This document shows positions 1 through 7,484 of a stretch of 27,798 bases of DNA, piece after piece. Within the stretch, counting starts at the first letter, position 1. Each line of letters opens with the position of its first letter. The notes beneath the pieces were generated by a model. It did no database searches. It was not told the DNA's origin and saw only the letters and a program-made list of their open reading frames with translations. Made by a program: the position numbers and the translations under genes. The stretch comes from Thermoproteota archaeon (GTDB lineage: Archaea > Korarchaeota > Korarchaeia > Korarchaeales > Korarchaeaceae). The DNA lies in assembly GCA_026986575.1 (NCBI GenBank), contig JALSOH010000010.1:1-27798 (forward strand), in the 5' to 3' direction.

Positions 1-1441
1 CCATGGCTTGATCGCTGTCGCCCTGGTATGCCCTCCTAATGATGCTCCAGTACCCGATTTTCTCCCCCCTATCGAGCTTGAACCACTTCCTCTTGGTGAT
101 CCTGGGGCGCAATGTGAACGATCTCCTAAATGTATCGAAATTCACGGTGTCCCCCAAAGTCCTGGAGAGGAGGGCCTCTAGCCCATCATGGTATGATCCC
201 CTGAGCTTATCCTCGATCTCGTCCTCGTGGGAGACCCATGCTAGGAAGTTACCCGGGATCTCAGGTCTGAAAGCATCGGATAGGAGCTCCCTTCCCATAT
301 TCATGGCATCCAATTTAATGGACACTTGGGTTCTACCGTCAGGTAAATCCACGTCATCCTCCGATGATCCATAATAACCTCTCTCCTCAGCAATCATATA
401 AAAATAGTCAACTGAATTCCTTCTTTCATCCTTGTGGGCGAGGTTAGCTAGATAGAGGTCCATCCAGACGGACCCCCTCTGAGCAGGATACACGATGTTG
501 GCGGGGGTGTATTTGAGGGATCCCCCTTCATCTATCCGGAGGAGCCCCTTGATGGCAGACCAAGTAAGCGCACTAACTATCAGGGAAGAGGCCCAGAAAT
601 CGGCGGTGGTCCTCGACTCGGAAAGGAACTCCTCTATACCATCAATGGAGAAGTGCAATACCGAGAGATCCTCTCCGGAGCGAAATATCGTGGAGAGAGC
701 CAGGGTGGACTCGAGATGATCCATCAGCGGATTGTAAGGGGTGCGAGTGTCGGCGGGGAGGGCCTTGTCAAGGGTGAACAGGAGAAGCCCCCTCAAATCT
801 CTATCAGGGAGTTCCTTCGAAAAAGTAGAGTAAAGGCCACTCTCTAGGAAAGCGTAGTAGTACATGAGGTGGAGCCATCTCCACATATAAACGACCGTGA
901 GAACGTCGTAATCCCCAGAGTTTCCAGGAAAGAGGAGATTTGCAAGGGATCTGGATCTTCCCTTATCTTCACATCCTAGAAACCCCCTCAAGGTCGATCT
1001 GAGCTTGGATGGAATGATCACAGAGTAGAACTTGGTCAAACCTACCCTGCTACCGTTGTCCAGAACCATCTGTCCTCCCGAGAAGGACATGAGATCAATC
1101 AAGAGTCTCAAATCTCGAATGATACCCATAACATCCCCGGAGGGTTCGGCTCCGCATCTCAACATCTCATCTAGAGACCTGTTGGAGATCGGATGCTTGA
1201 CAATCCTGCTCTCTTCCCTACCCCATTTCACCTTGAGCTCTCGGAAGTAGAGGACCCTGTCTGCGTGGGAGCTCAGCTGATCGGCCATCCCGACCTTACT
1301 GACCGGTGGCCTCCCACCACAGAGCAGAAGGGAGTAGATCTTATTGCTCAACTCCTTATGACCTATACGGTTAATTATGACAGCCTTGATGAGGGGGTCG
1401 TGAAGGAGTGCCCAAATTCCAATGTGCGAAGAATCACTCAT
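1..1441 (-). CDS. cmr2: Second Cas10/Cmr2 paralog, N-terminal 480 codons, truncated by the window edge
   Basis: Manual translation from ATG 1441 is open to base 1: MSDSSHIGIWALLHDPLIK...MADQLSSHADR...KHPIS...YMWRWL...LPADTRTPYNPLMDHLESTLAL...FSIDGIEEFLSESRTTADFWASS...IVYPAQRGSVWMDLYL. These motifs are colinear with the Cmr2 at 14323-17667 (LLHDPLDK, ADVIASASDR, YLWRTL, LPADSRIPDHGIVDHL, SRKVRDIWASS, LMDLYL). Probably absent from the ORF track because it has no stop in the window. Confidence 0.92.
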   Translation of the reverse strand, partial: MSDSSHIGIWALLHDPLIKAVIINRIGHKELSNKIYSLLLCGGRPPVSKVGMADQLSSHADRVLYFRELKVKWGREESRIVKHPISNRSLDEMLRCGAEPSGDVMGIIRDLRLLIDLMSFSGGQMVLDNGSRVGLTKFYSVIIPSKLRSTLRGFLGCEDKGRSRSLANLLFPGNSGDYDVLTVVYMWRWLHLMYYYAFLESGLYSTFSKELPDRDLRGLLLFTLDKALPADTRTPYNPLMDHLESTLALSTIFRSGEDLSVLHFSIDGIEEFLSESRTTADFWASSLIVSALTWSAIKGLLRIDEGGSLKYTPANIVYPAQRGSVWMDLYLANLAHKDERRNSVDYFYMIAEERGYYGSSEDDVDLPDGRTQVSIKLDAMNMGRELLSDAFRPEIPGNFLAWVSHEDEIEDKLRGSYHDGLEALLSRTLGDTVNFDTFRRSFTLRPRITKRKWFKLDRGEKIGYWSIIRRAYQGDSDQAM

Positions 1442-1462
1442 CAGGGCAGCACCTATTTACAT

Positions 1463-2038
1463 TTACTCAACGGATCCGGAGGAGGAGCGGAGAGGCAGTA
1501 GGAAGAGCTTCGCAACCATCTGGATGTCCTCACTCCCTCCCTTATCTCTCTTCATGTTCTCCTCCTCACCGGATGGATACTCATCGACCTTCAGAGAGAG
1601 GTTGATAAATCCGGAGACGCTTCCGCACGGATCAAGCAGGGTTGAGTATCCTTCTATCTCGAGTGTACCATCCCTATAAGAGATCTCGCCTGGACTGATT
1701 ACCAGACTCCCCCTGATGCCATTATACTCGTCACTTCTTATTCTACCGACCTTCTTCCTCCCTTGCTCTAGCCTGAAGGAGATGACTTTCAAGTTGTTCA
1801 AAGGGTATCTGGATACGAGCAGGCCCACGAAAGGGATCTTATCCTCTGGGATATTCCCGCTCTCGATCCTGTAGAAGTATTTTCGACTACTTCCAGCTCC
1901 TTTCCCCTTGCTCTTTTTGAAATATATCTCGATGGCTGATACGTTTTCCTTAATCTCGGCAGTCGAATCATAGAGCATCCTCAGCAGGGTGAGCATGGAA
2001 TTAATCAGCTCCTCAGCATTCTCTTTATCCCTCGGCAT
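1463..2038 (-). CDS. Hypothetical protein (191 aa) directly upstream of the second cas10
   Basis: Open frame with host-like codon usage. Ends 21 nt before the cas10 ATG. No family motif recognised. Confidence 0.7.
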   Translation of the reverse strand: MPRDKENAEELINSMLTLLRMLYDSTAEIKENVSAIEIYFKKSKGKGAGSSRKYFYRIESGNIPEDKIPFVGLLVSRYPLNNLKVISFRLEQGRKKVGRIRSDEYNGIRGSLVISPGEISYRDGTLEIEGYSTLLDPCGSVSGFINLSLKVDEYPSGEEENMKRDKGGSEDIQMVAKLFLLPLRSSSGSVE

Positions 2039-2461
2039 GCTAACGCACCCGAAATTATCAATTCTTCGCTAGGGCTTGTATGTTCTATACCTTTTTATTA
2101 ACCATGACTGATGATAGTAATCTTCACACCCTAGGGATCATGCTTGAAGTTCCCTCGAGGCATCGTTCTGTCCACATCTTCAGAGAAGCGCATTTTAAGT
2201 CATCAGTTAACTAATAGAGAATGATAAAGCGATGATAAAGCGCTAAGGGATTGTGCGGATGATAGTAGGAAATCTAATCTAAAAATGTTAAAAATATTGA
2301 ACTGCTCTAAAGTAACCATTGCTCCCTTACGCGCCTGGCTAGAAGATCATAATAGCCATGAAGTGCCATTAGATAGAGCTAAGCTACTAACACTCTAAAG
2401 CTCCTTACTACTTATTGATGAAGGGGATTCTATGACAATAAGTTCAGGAGGCAGCTCGTCG

Positions 2462-2660
2462 ATTTAAACCCACGCTCCCTTGGAGCCCTTATTGCTTCGA
2501 GGGTCAAGGCCCTAGTGGAGGAGGTTATAGAGAACCCGAACCCGTTTGAACCCACGCTCCCTTGGAGCCCTTATTGCTTCATCCCGGGAGGGGGAGCGTG
2601 CAGAAGTTCATGAGGACCATAATGTTTGAACCCACGCTCCCTTGGAGCCCTTATTGCTTC
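2462..2660 (-). CRISPR. Mini CRISPR array: 3 x 37-nt repeats (GAAGCAATAAGGGCTCCAAGGGAGCGTGGGTTCAAAC), 2 spacers (45 and 43 nt)
   Basis: Repeats at 2462-2498 (2 mismatches, trailer), 2544-2580 and 2624-2660. Orientation taken from the degenerate terminal repeat and leader homology to the main array. Confidence 0.93.
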
Positions 2661-2802
2661 CGGGTCTTTTATTCCGAACTATCGGGTGAAAGTATTTCTC
2701 TAGCGTCTCAGAGGATGTTTCATGACTATGATATATTCTCTTAGGATTTCAGTATTTAAAATTTAAGTCATTAATCTAAAAACTGCACTAGACCCCTCGA
2801 AC
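2661..2802 (-). promoter_or_regulatory. Leader/promoter of the mini-array
   Basis: AT-rich. TTTAAATA starts 100 nt before the first repeat, TAGTCATGAAAC at 2728-2717, GTTCGAGG at 2802-2795. All three match the main-array leader in position. Confidence 0.8.
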
Positions 2803-3091
2803 TCAGTTTCGGCGTCGCCTAACGAATAAATTACCCGGTGTTCACCTCCTTCAACAGGTCTCGGATACGCAGTAACGCTCACCATAATAGGGAATGGACG
2901 GAAGGTGAAACAAAAAGATATTAATGTATCTCGCTTAGATGATATCATACCACAACTTCGGATATCCTGTGAAGATAATCGTTAAAACTGAGACCGGTTT
3001 ATCTATAATGCATGTGCAGATGAGGGTTGCGCGCGATACTTCCCCCGCACAAGACGGTTCGCCGAATTCGGGTGCGATATCCACGGGTGGT

Positions 3092-5386
3092 ATGGTGCTG
3101 GATGTGGTGATCTCGGTCGCTGGAAGGGGCCTACTTGATCAGAGTTGGGCGAAATACAGGATGGGAGCCTTCTCCATCTGCGCCACGACGCCAGCAATAC
3201 CAATCCTCGCCGATGTGCTTGCTAGGAAACCCGTCAGGAGTGACGATGAGGGAGGGAGCTGCGCACCCCATCCCTACTTGATCATACTCCTCCCCTACTC
3301 ATTAATAGCGGCTTTCGATGATCTCACGTGGGATAGGCTCGAGGACTACTTACGGCTGGGACGTACGGAGGAAGTGGAGGGTCGTCTGAATGCGAGCCTC
3401 CAGAGGGTGCTGGAAAGGGTTCAAGAGTCCTTCAAAGAGCCGAGGGTATTCAGCGAAATATTCGACCCTAGCAGAAGCGAAATGGACGAAGAGCTGCTCG
3501 GGGATTTGAAGACTGCCTTGGAGGCCCTTAACCCTGGTAAATCTCTCGATGACGGAGGGAGGCTCATCCTGGTGCCCGTTCAGGTCTCGGGCACTTTTCC
3601 CCTCAGGTATGAGAAGAGATCCAGCTCAAGTGAGAGGAAGGTAACTTACATGCCCCTGTCGCTAGAGGGCAGTCTCTTGGATCCCTTCGTTAGGGTTTAC
3701 GTGGCCCTCAAGGAGATATGGGCGAGGAATCGGGAGCATGGCATGGATCCGATCATGAGCGTGCACTTCGATTCGTCCTCCGGGATGAACGCGGTCACCC
3801 TCTCGGCTCTCCTCGGAACCCGCTCCTTCACCGAGGTGTACGGCCAAGACCTGCGACTCTACAACACCGACCCGTACTCGGTCGAACTGACCCATCACTG
3901 CGGGAAGATCCCTTCCCGGAGCCGTGGAGAGTGGGAAACCTCGGGTCCATCCGTGGGAATACCGCTCAGGGTATCTGATGCTGAGAGTTTGCTGAGCACC
4001 TTCGAACTGGTGGATGACATGTCCTCCCTGACGGGTATGATCGTGGGGGGATCGATGGCCAGAAGCTTGGACAGACTCTCATCCATGATCGACAGCGTCA
4101 GAAATGACCTCCACTACTTGGAGAAAATATCTGGAGTTATCAGGTCGGATCATGATGCCAGACTGCTGAGCGGATTTCTGGGTTCGCTGAGGAGGATCTC
4201 CTGTGCCCTCAACGAGGTGATCGTGAGCTACGCTCACAAGGAGCTGGCCGGAATCCCGGAGATGGTTCGTAGAATCTATGGCAGGGGAGGCATCTACGAC
4301 CTCCTGAGAAATGAACTCAAGGCCAGGCTTTTCCCCGCCCCGGAAGGACAGGACGGCGGGGTGAGGGACATGGTCGTCATGAGCTGGGACGACGAGGGAG
4401 CGAGGATTGGCTTCAGCTGGACGACCGGCCCCACGTTCGTGTTCCTAGATGCAGCAGCATCTCTCCTCTCCAGAATGTTCGGGGATCTGGATGCGATAGA
4501 GGACGTCGCGGACTTCAATCCCGACGGCCCCTTTAGCGTCGGGCAACTCGCCGGAGGACTGAAAGCGGACTTCCTCCTTTCCCTAGCCATCTACTTCGAC
4601 AGACAGGGTCTGTCCTCTAACCTGTCCTTCCTGCTGGGGGAGCTCGGGCTGAAGGAAGAAGGCATAGAGTTGCTGGCTGGACTAAATGAGAGCGATGAAT
4701 CTGGCGTGAAAGAAGCCATAGGAAAATTTGATGAAGCCCTGAGGGATTTCGTCAGGAACTTCAGGAAGAGGAACAAAACAGATCTGCTCGAGGACCTTCG
4801 GTCCCTTGCTGGGAGGGTTGGATCCCTCCTAGGTGCTCAGGATTCTAGCATAGATCTTTTCAGGGTGTACTACCTGCCCTTATGGTTTCGAAACCTCAAG
4901 AGGGAAAAAATCGATGTCCTCGTAGGTAAAGACGGCAAATGCGATGGAGACATCATGATTAGAGATATACTGAACACTCTACATTCGGGGAATGCAGAGG
5001 AGTTTGTTGAAAGATATGGAGCGAACTTAGAGGAAACCCTTGATTGCCTCATCAGGTTCTTGACGAGGAGGGATGTCTACATCGAGCTGAGCGGAATGGA
5101 AGTTAGCCCTCGTTTCAAGAACTTCTTGGGTGCCATGGCGATCCTCATGAAAGATCGCCCGGAGGAAGTGATCGGAGAAGATGGCGTTATGGAAATAATG
5201 CGACACCTCAGGGCCCATCTCGGACTCACCCACTTCACCATCGTCAACATCCTCTCTCACCCGGATAACATCGAGATAGTCTATGACAGGAGACTTTTTG
5301 AGAGGTTGAACGAACTGGGACGAGAGATGATCGGATCCAAGGATATGGGCAGTCTGTGCGACATCAGGATCCGCCGGCAGCGGTGA
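3092..5386 (+). CDS. csx1: Csx1-family CARF-HEPN ribonuclease, extended (764 aa from likely ATG 3092; the track starts at 2939)
   Basis: IILLPYSL, VPVQVSGTF, HFDSSSGMN (DxTHGxN position) and LYNTDP motifs. C-terminal HEPN R-X4-H motif RHLRAHLG at 5201-5218. GGTGG SD-like sequence before ATG 3092. Confidence 0.82.
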   Translation: MVLDVVISVAGRGLLDQSWAKYRMGAFSICATTPAIPILADVLARKPVRSDDEGGSCAPHPYLIILLPYSLIAAFDDLTWDRLEDYLRLGRTEEVEGRLNASLQRVLERVQESFKEPRVFSEIFDPSRSEMDEELLGDLKTALEALNPGKSLDDGGRLILVPVQVSGTFPLRYEKRSSSSERKVTYMPLSLEGSLLDPFVRVYVALKEIWARNREHGMDPIMSVHFDSSSGMNAVTLSALLGTRSFTEVYGQDLRLYNTDPYSVELTHHCGKIPSRSRGEWETSGPSVGIPLRVSDAESLLSTFELVDDMSSLTGMIVGGSMARSLDRLSSMIDSVRNDLHYLEKISGVIRSDHDARLLSGFLGSLRRISCALNEVIVSYAHKELAGIPEMVRRIYGRGGIYDLLRNELKARLFPAPEGQDGGVRDMVVMSWDDEGARIGFSWTTGPTFVFLDAAASLLSRMFGDLDAIEDVADFNPDGPFSVGQLAGGLKADFLLSLAIYFDRQGLSSNLSFLLGELGLKEEGIELLAGLNESDESGVKEAIGKFDEALRDFVRNFRKRNKTDLLEDLRSLAGRVGSLLGAQDSSIDLFRVYYLPLWFRNLKREKIDVLVGKDGKCDGDIMIRDILNTLHSGNAEEFVERYGANLEETLDCLIRFLTRRDVYIELSGMEVSPRFKNFLGAMAILMKDRPEEVIGEDGVMEIMRHLRAHLGLTHFTIVNILSHPDNIEIVYDRRLFERLNELGREMIGSKDMGSLCDIRIRRQR

Positions 5387-5391
5387 GAGCG

Positions 5392-7080
5392 ATGGATCTG
5401 TTGGGCGTCACCTTCTCCCTCGGAGCGGTCTTCTTCAGGAGAGGTAAGGTGGAGTTCGGCACGAGGGGTTACAGACCCCTGAGGATCCTGAAACCCATCA
5501 GGGAGAGGTGCTCTAAAGTGATTTCAGCCGTGAAGTCCAGTAGGAGCTCTATAGACTATTTGGACATCTGTGGCAGCCTGTTTAAGGCCTTTAGAAAGGT
5601 GAGGGGACTTGACCCCTGCGCATCTGCGCGGATCAGGGAGTCGTGGGATTGGAGGGGAGAGGGTATAGTCTTCCACAGGGCATTCCAGTTGACTAGGACC
5701 GACTATCTCTTCGGCCTGTCCTCCCTGAGGGTACAGGCACCCACCTTGATGAGAAATGACGGCAGCACGGGAAGGCTGCCGGATTGGTCTGACATGGCCC
5801 TAGCTTTCAGGGAGGTGCTGGAGAGGGAACTGAAGGGGGAGATGCCCGACGACAGCTGGAGGTCGAGGTTCTTCGCGGAGGTCTATCTACTCTACAGGAG
5901 CGAGGTCCCGTTCAGGTACCTGAGGAACTTCGGTCCCCTGAACAAGCGGCTCGGATTGACGGATGATATGATAAAGGTCACAATTTCCCCTCTCAGGGGT
6001 GGGTCCCCCGATCTCCTCCCGGACTACAGGAGGATAGCCGCTTATCCAGAGGCTTACATTTCAAAGGATGGGATAATGATCCCCTTCCTGAGATCAGACG
6101 ACAGGAAGGTCAGGACATTTCACGCCTTCGCGAGAAGGGTCAGACGACAGACTGAGCTGGCGGTTGACCTTGCCCTTGCTCTGGATGTGTTCCTGAGATC
6201 GGAGATATCGATCAAGGACGATGATCCGCACTTGGACTTTCTGGTCGGGAAGGTCGCCCTCTCCCCCCGGGTCCTGACTAACCTGTCGAGGCCGGTCAGA
6301 GGGTTGGGCTTCATGAGGAAGGTGCACTCCGAACTGATAGATATCTTGGATCTTGAACGGAGGTACGGGAACTTCGAGGAACAGGTGGTCATGCCGTACG
6401 ACGCCGAGGAGGATGTCGACTATGTGAACGAGTGTCTCCGTCTCCTAGGTAGCGGAACAGTCAGGAGGGGGAGGAGGGCCCTCCTAGTCGGGGACAGGGC
6501 TAGGATCCTGAGAATCTCCGTGCTGAAGTCTAAGGGAGATCACATATTCCCACGGACGAATGAAGCGGCTCTCAGGGTTTTGGGGGCGTTGATAGTAGTT
6601 TACCTCACTAGAGGGCGTTTTAGTGATCTAGAGGAGCTGAAAAGAGCCCTGCAGCCCCTTATAATCTCCAAGGAAATTGAAGAGTTTGCCAAGAGGGTGG
6701 CGTGCAGAGATCCGGGGCTGGGTTTGACTGTCTACGAGATGGAGGTGCTCTTAACGAAGATACTTGAGCTCAGGGAGAAGGTCCCTTATTGGCAAACAAC
6801 GAGGTTGAGGTGGCATCTCGACGATTCCCTGCAGAGGGGTGGTGGAGGGAACCTGCTGAAGCCCCTCTTAGCTGCAGGTTATCTCAGGGAAGGGGTGGCT
6901 CACAGGAGGGGGAAGTGTGAGGGGATGTCCAGCGTGGGGAGGAGAAGGGTGAGGTATTACGTTCCGAACTATGATGAGGAGGTTGTACGGAGGATCGAGA
7001 GGGAGATGGGGGAATTTATATCGATGATGAGGAATGTGGCTAGGGATTACGGGTTCAATCCCGATGCTACTTCTCTATAA
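5392..7080 (+). CDS. Uncharacterised CRISPR-linked protein (562 aa) with probable C-terminal winged HTH
   Basis: Long ORF starting 5 nt after the csx1 stop with a GGTGA SD. The C-terminal LLKPLLAAGYLRE...GRRRVRYY resembles a wHTH wing. Confidence refers to it being a gene; the function is inferred. Confidence 0.75.
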   Translation: MDLLGVTFSLGAVFFRRGKVEFGTRGYRPLRILKPIRERCSKVISAVKSSRSSIDYLDICGSLFKAFRKVRGLDPCASARIRESWDWRGEGIVFHRAFQLTRTDYLFGLSSLRVQAPTLMRNDGSTGRLPDWSDMALAFREVLERELKGEMPDDSWRSRFFAEVYLLYRSEVPFRYLRNFGPLNKRLGLTDDMIKVTISPLRGGSPDLLPDYRRIAAYPEAYISKDGIMIPFLRSDDRKVRTFHAFARRVRRQTELAVDLALALDVFLRSEISIKDDDPHLDFLVGKVALSPRVLTNLSRPVRGLGFMRKVHSELIDILDLERRYGNFEEQVVMPYDAEEDVDYVNECLRLLGSGTVRRGRRALLVGDRARILRISVLKSKGDHIFPRTNEAALRVLGALIVVYLTRGRFSDLEELKRALQPLIISKEIEEFAKRVACRDPGLGLTVYEMEVLLTKILELREKVPYWQTTRLRWHLDDSLQRGGGGNLLKPLLAAGYLREGVAHRRGKCEGMSSVGRRRVRYYVPNYDEEVVRRIEREMGEFISMMRNVARDYGFNPDATSL

Positions 7081-7141
7081 ATTTAAATAGCTAACGAGAA
7101 AACCCTATACTCCTTTTGGCCTACTTAGATTATTAAAGTAG

Positions 7142-7350
7142 CTGAAATAATTCAGGAGAAATTCCCGCGGAGAATGCACCACTATCCCTCACCTCCCGAT
7201 AACTCGGGAGGTGAGAAAGTGGGACCGATATGGCCCCCTTGCCCCGTTGAGTAGCCCTCACGTTGCCTGAGCTAGGAGAGGGATCATCCCCTCCTTCTTT
7301 TTTGTGGGGGGAGGGGCTCCCGGTTTGAGTTACACAGACCCCTTTTTTAT
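7142..7350 (+). ncRNA. Candidate structured non-coding element (run of hairpins ending in a T-tract)
   Basis: Perfect 12-bp stem 7188-7215 extended by CCACT/AGTGG. Further stems CCCCTCC/GGAGGGG and GGTTTG/CAGACC, followed by TTTTTT. Confidence 0.35.
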
Positions 7351-7366
7351 TCAACCACCCTAGATA

Positions 7367-7484
7367 TAGGGGTGCGCAGGACGGAGGCCCGTGTGGCCCG
7401 CCCGCCCCACCCAGGAAGGTGAGGGGGTGTGGCTGCTGCCCTCCTTCCGATGACTCCCGAGGTCGGGGCGCCCGCGCACCCTTA
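7367..7484 (+). ncRNA. Candidate ~115-nt structured RNA of unknown family
   Basis: GC-rich island closed by TAGGGGTGCGC/GCGCACCCTTA. Inner stem GGAcGGAGG (7379-7387)/CCTCCtTCC (7440-7448) and internal hairpins with G-U pairs on the + strand. TTTTAT box about 20-25 nt upstream. Confidence 0.5.

Noticed and set aside
1216-1227. 12-nt match (AATGGGGTAGGG on the minus strand) to the main repeat inside the second cas10
   Set aside because: Short, lies in coding sequence (KWGR), and has no flanking repeat similarity; compatible with chance.
39-1679. Short + strand ORFs in the track
   Set aside because: Antisense shadows of the second cas10 and the 191-aa gene.
2221-2242. Tandem ATGATAAAGCG x2
   Set aside because: Only two copies; probably a slippage duplication with no supportable function.
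2512-2525. Mini-array spacer shares TAGTGGAGGAGGT with cmr2 coding sequence near 15080
   Set aside because: 13 nt of common Val-Glu-Glu-Val codons and the flanks do not match; not credible self-targeting.
2562-2744. 60-aa ORF
   Set aside because: Reads through CRISPR repeats and the leader.
7425-7455. Minus-strand CGGAAGG...AGCAGCC resembling SRP helix 8
   Set aside because: Spacing is wrong, the CAGG partner strand is missing, and G-U pairs favour the + strand.
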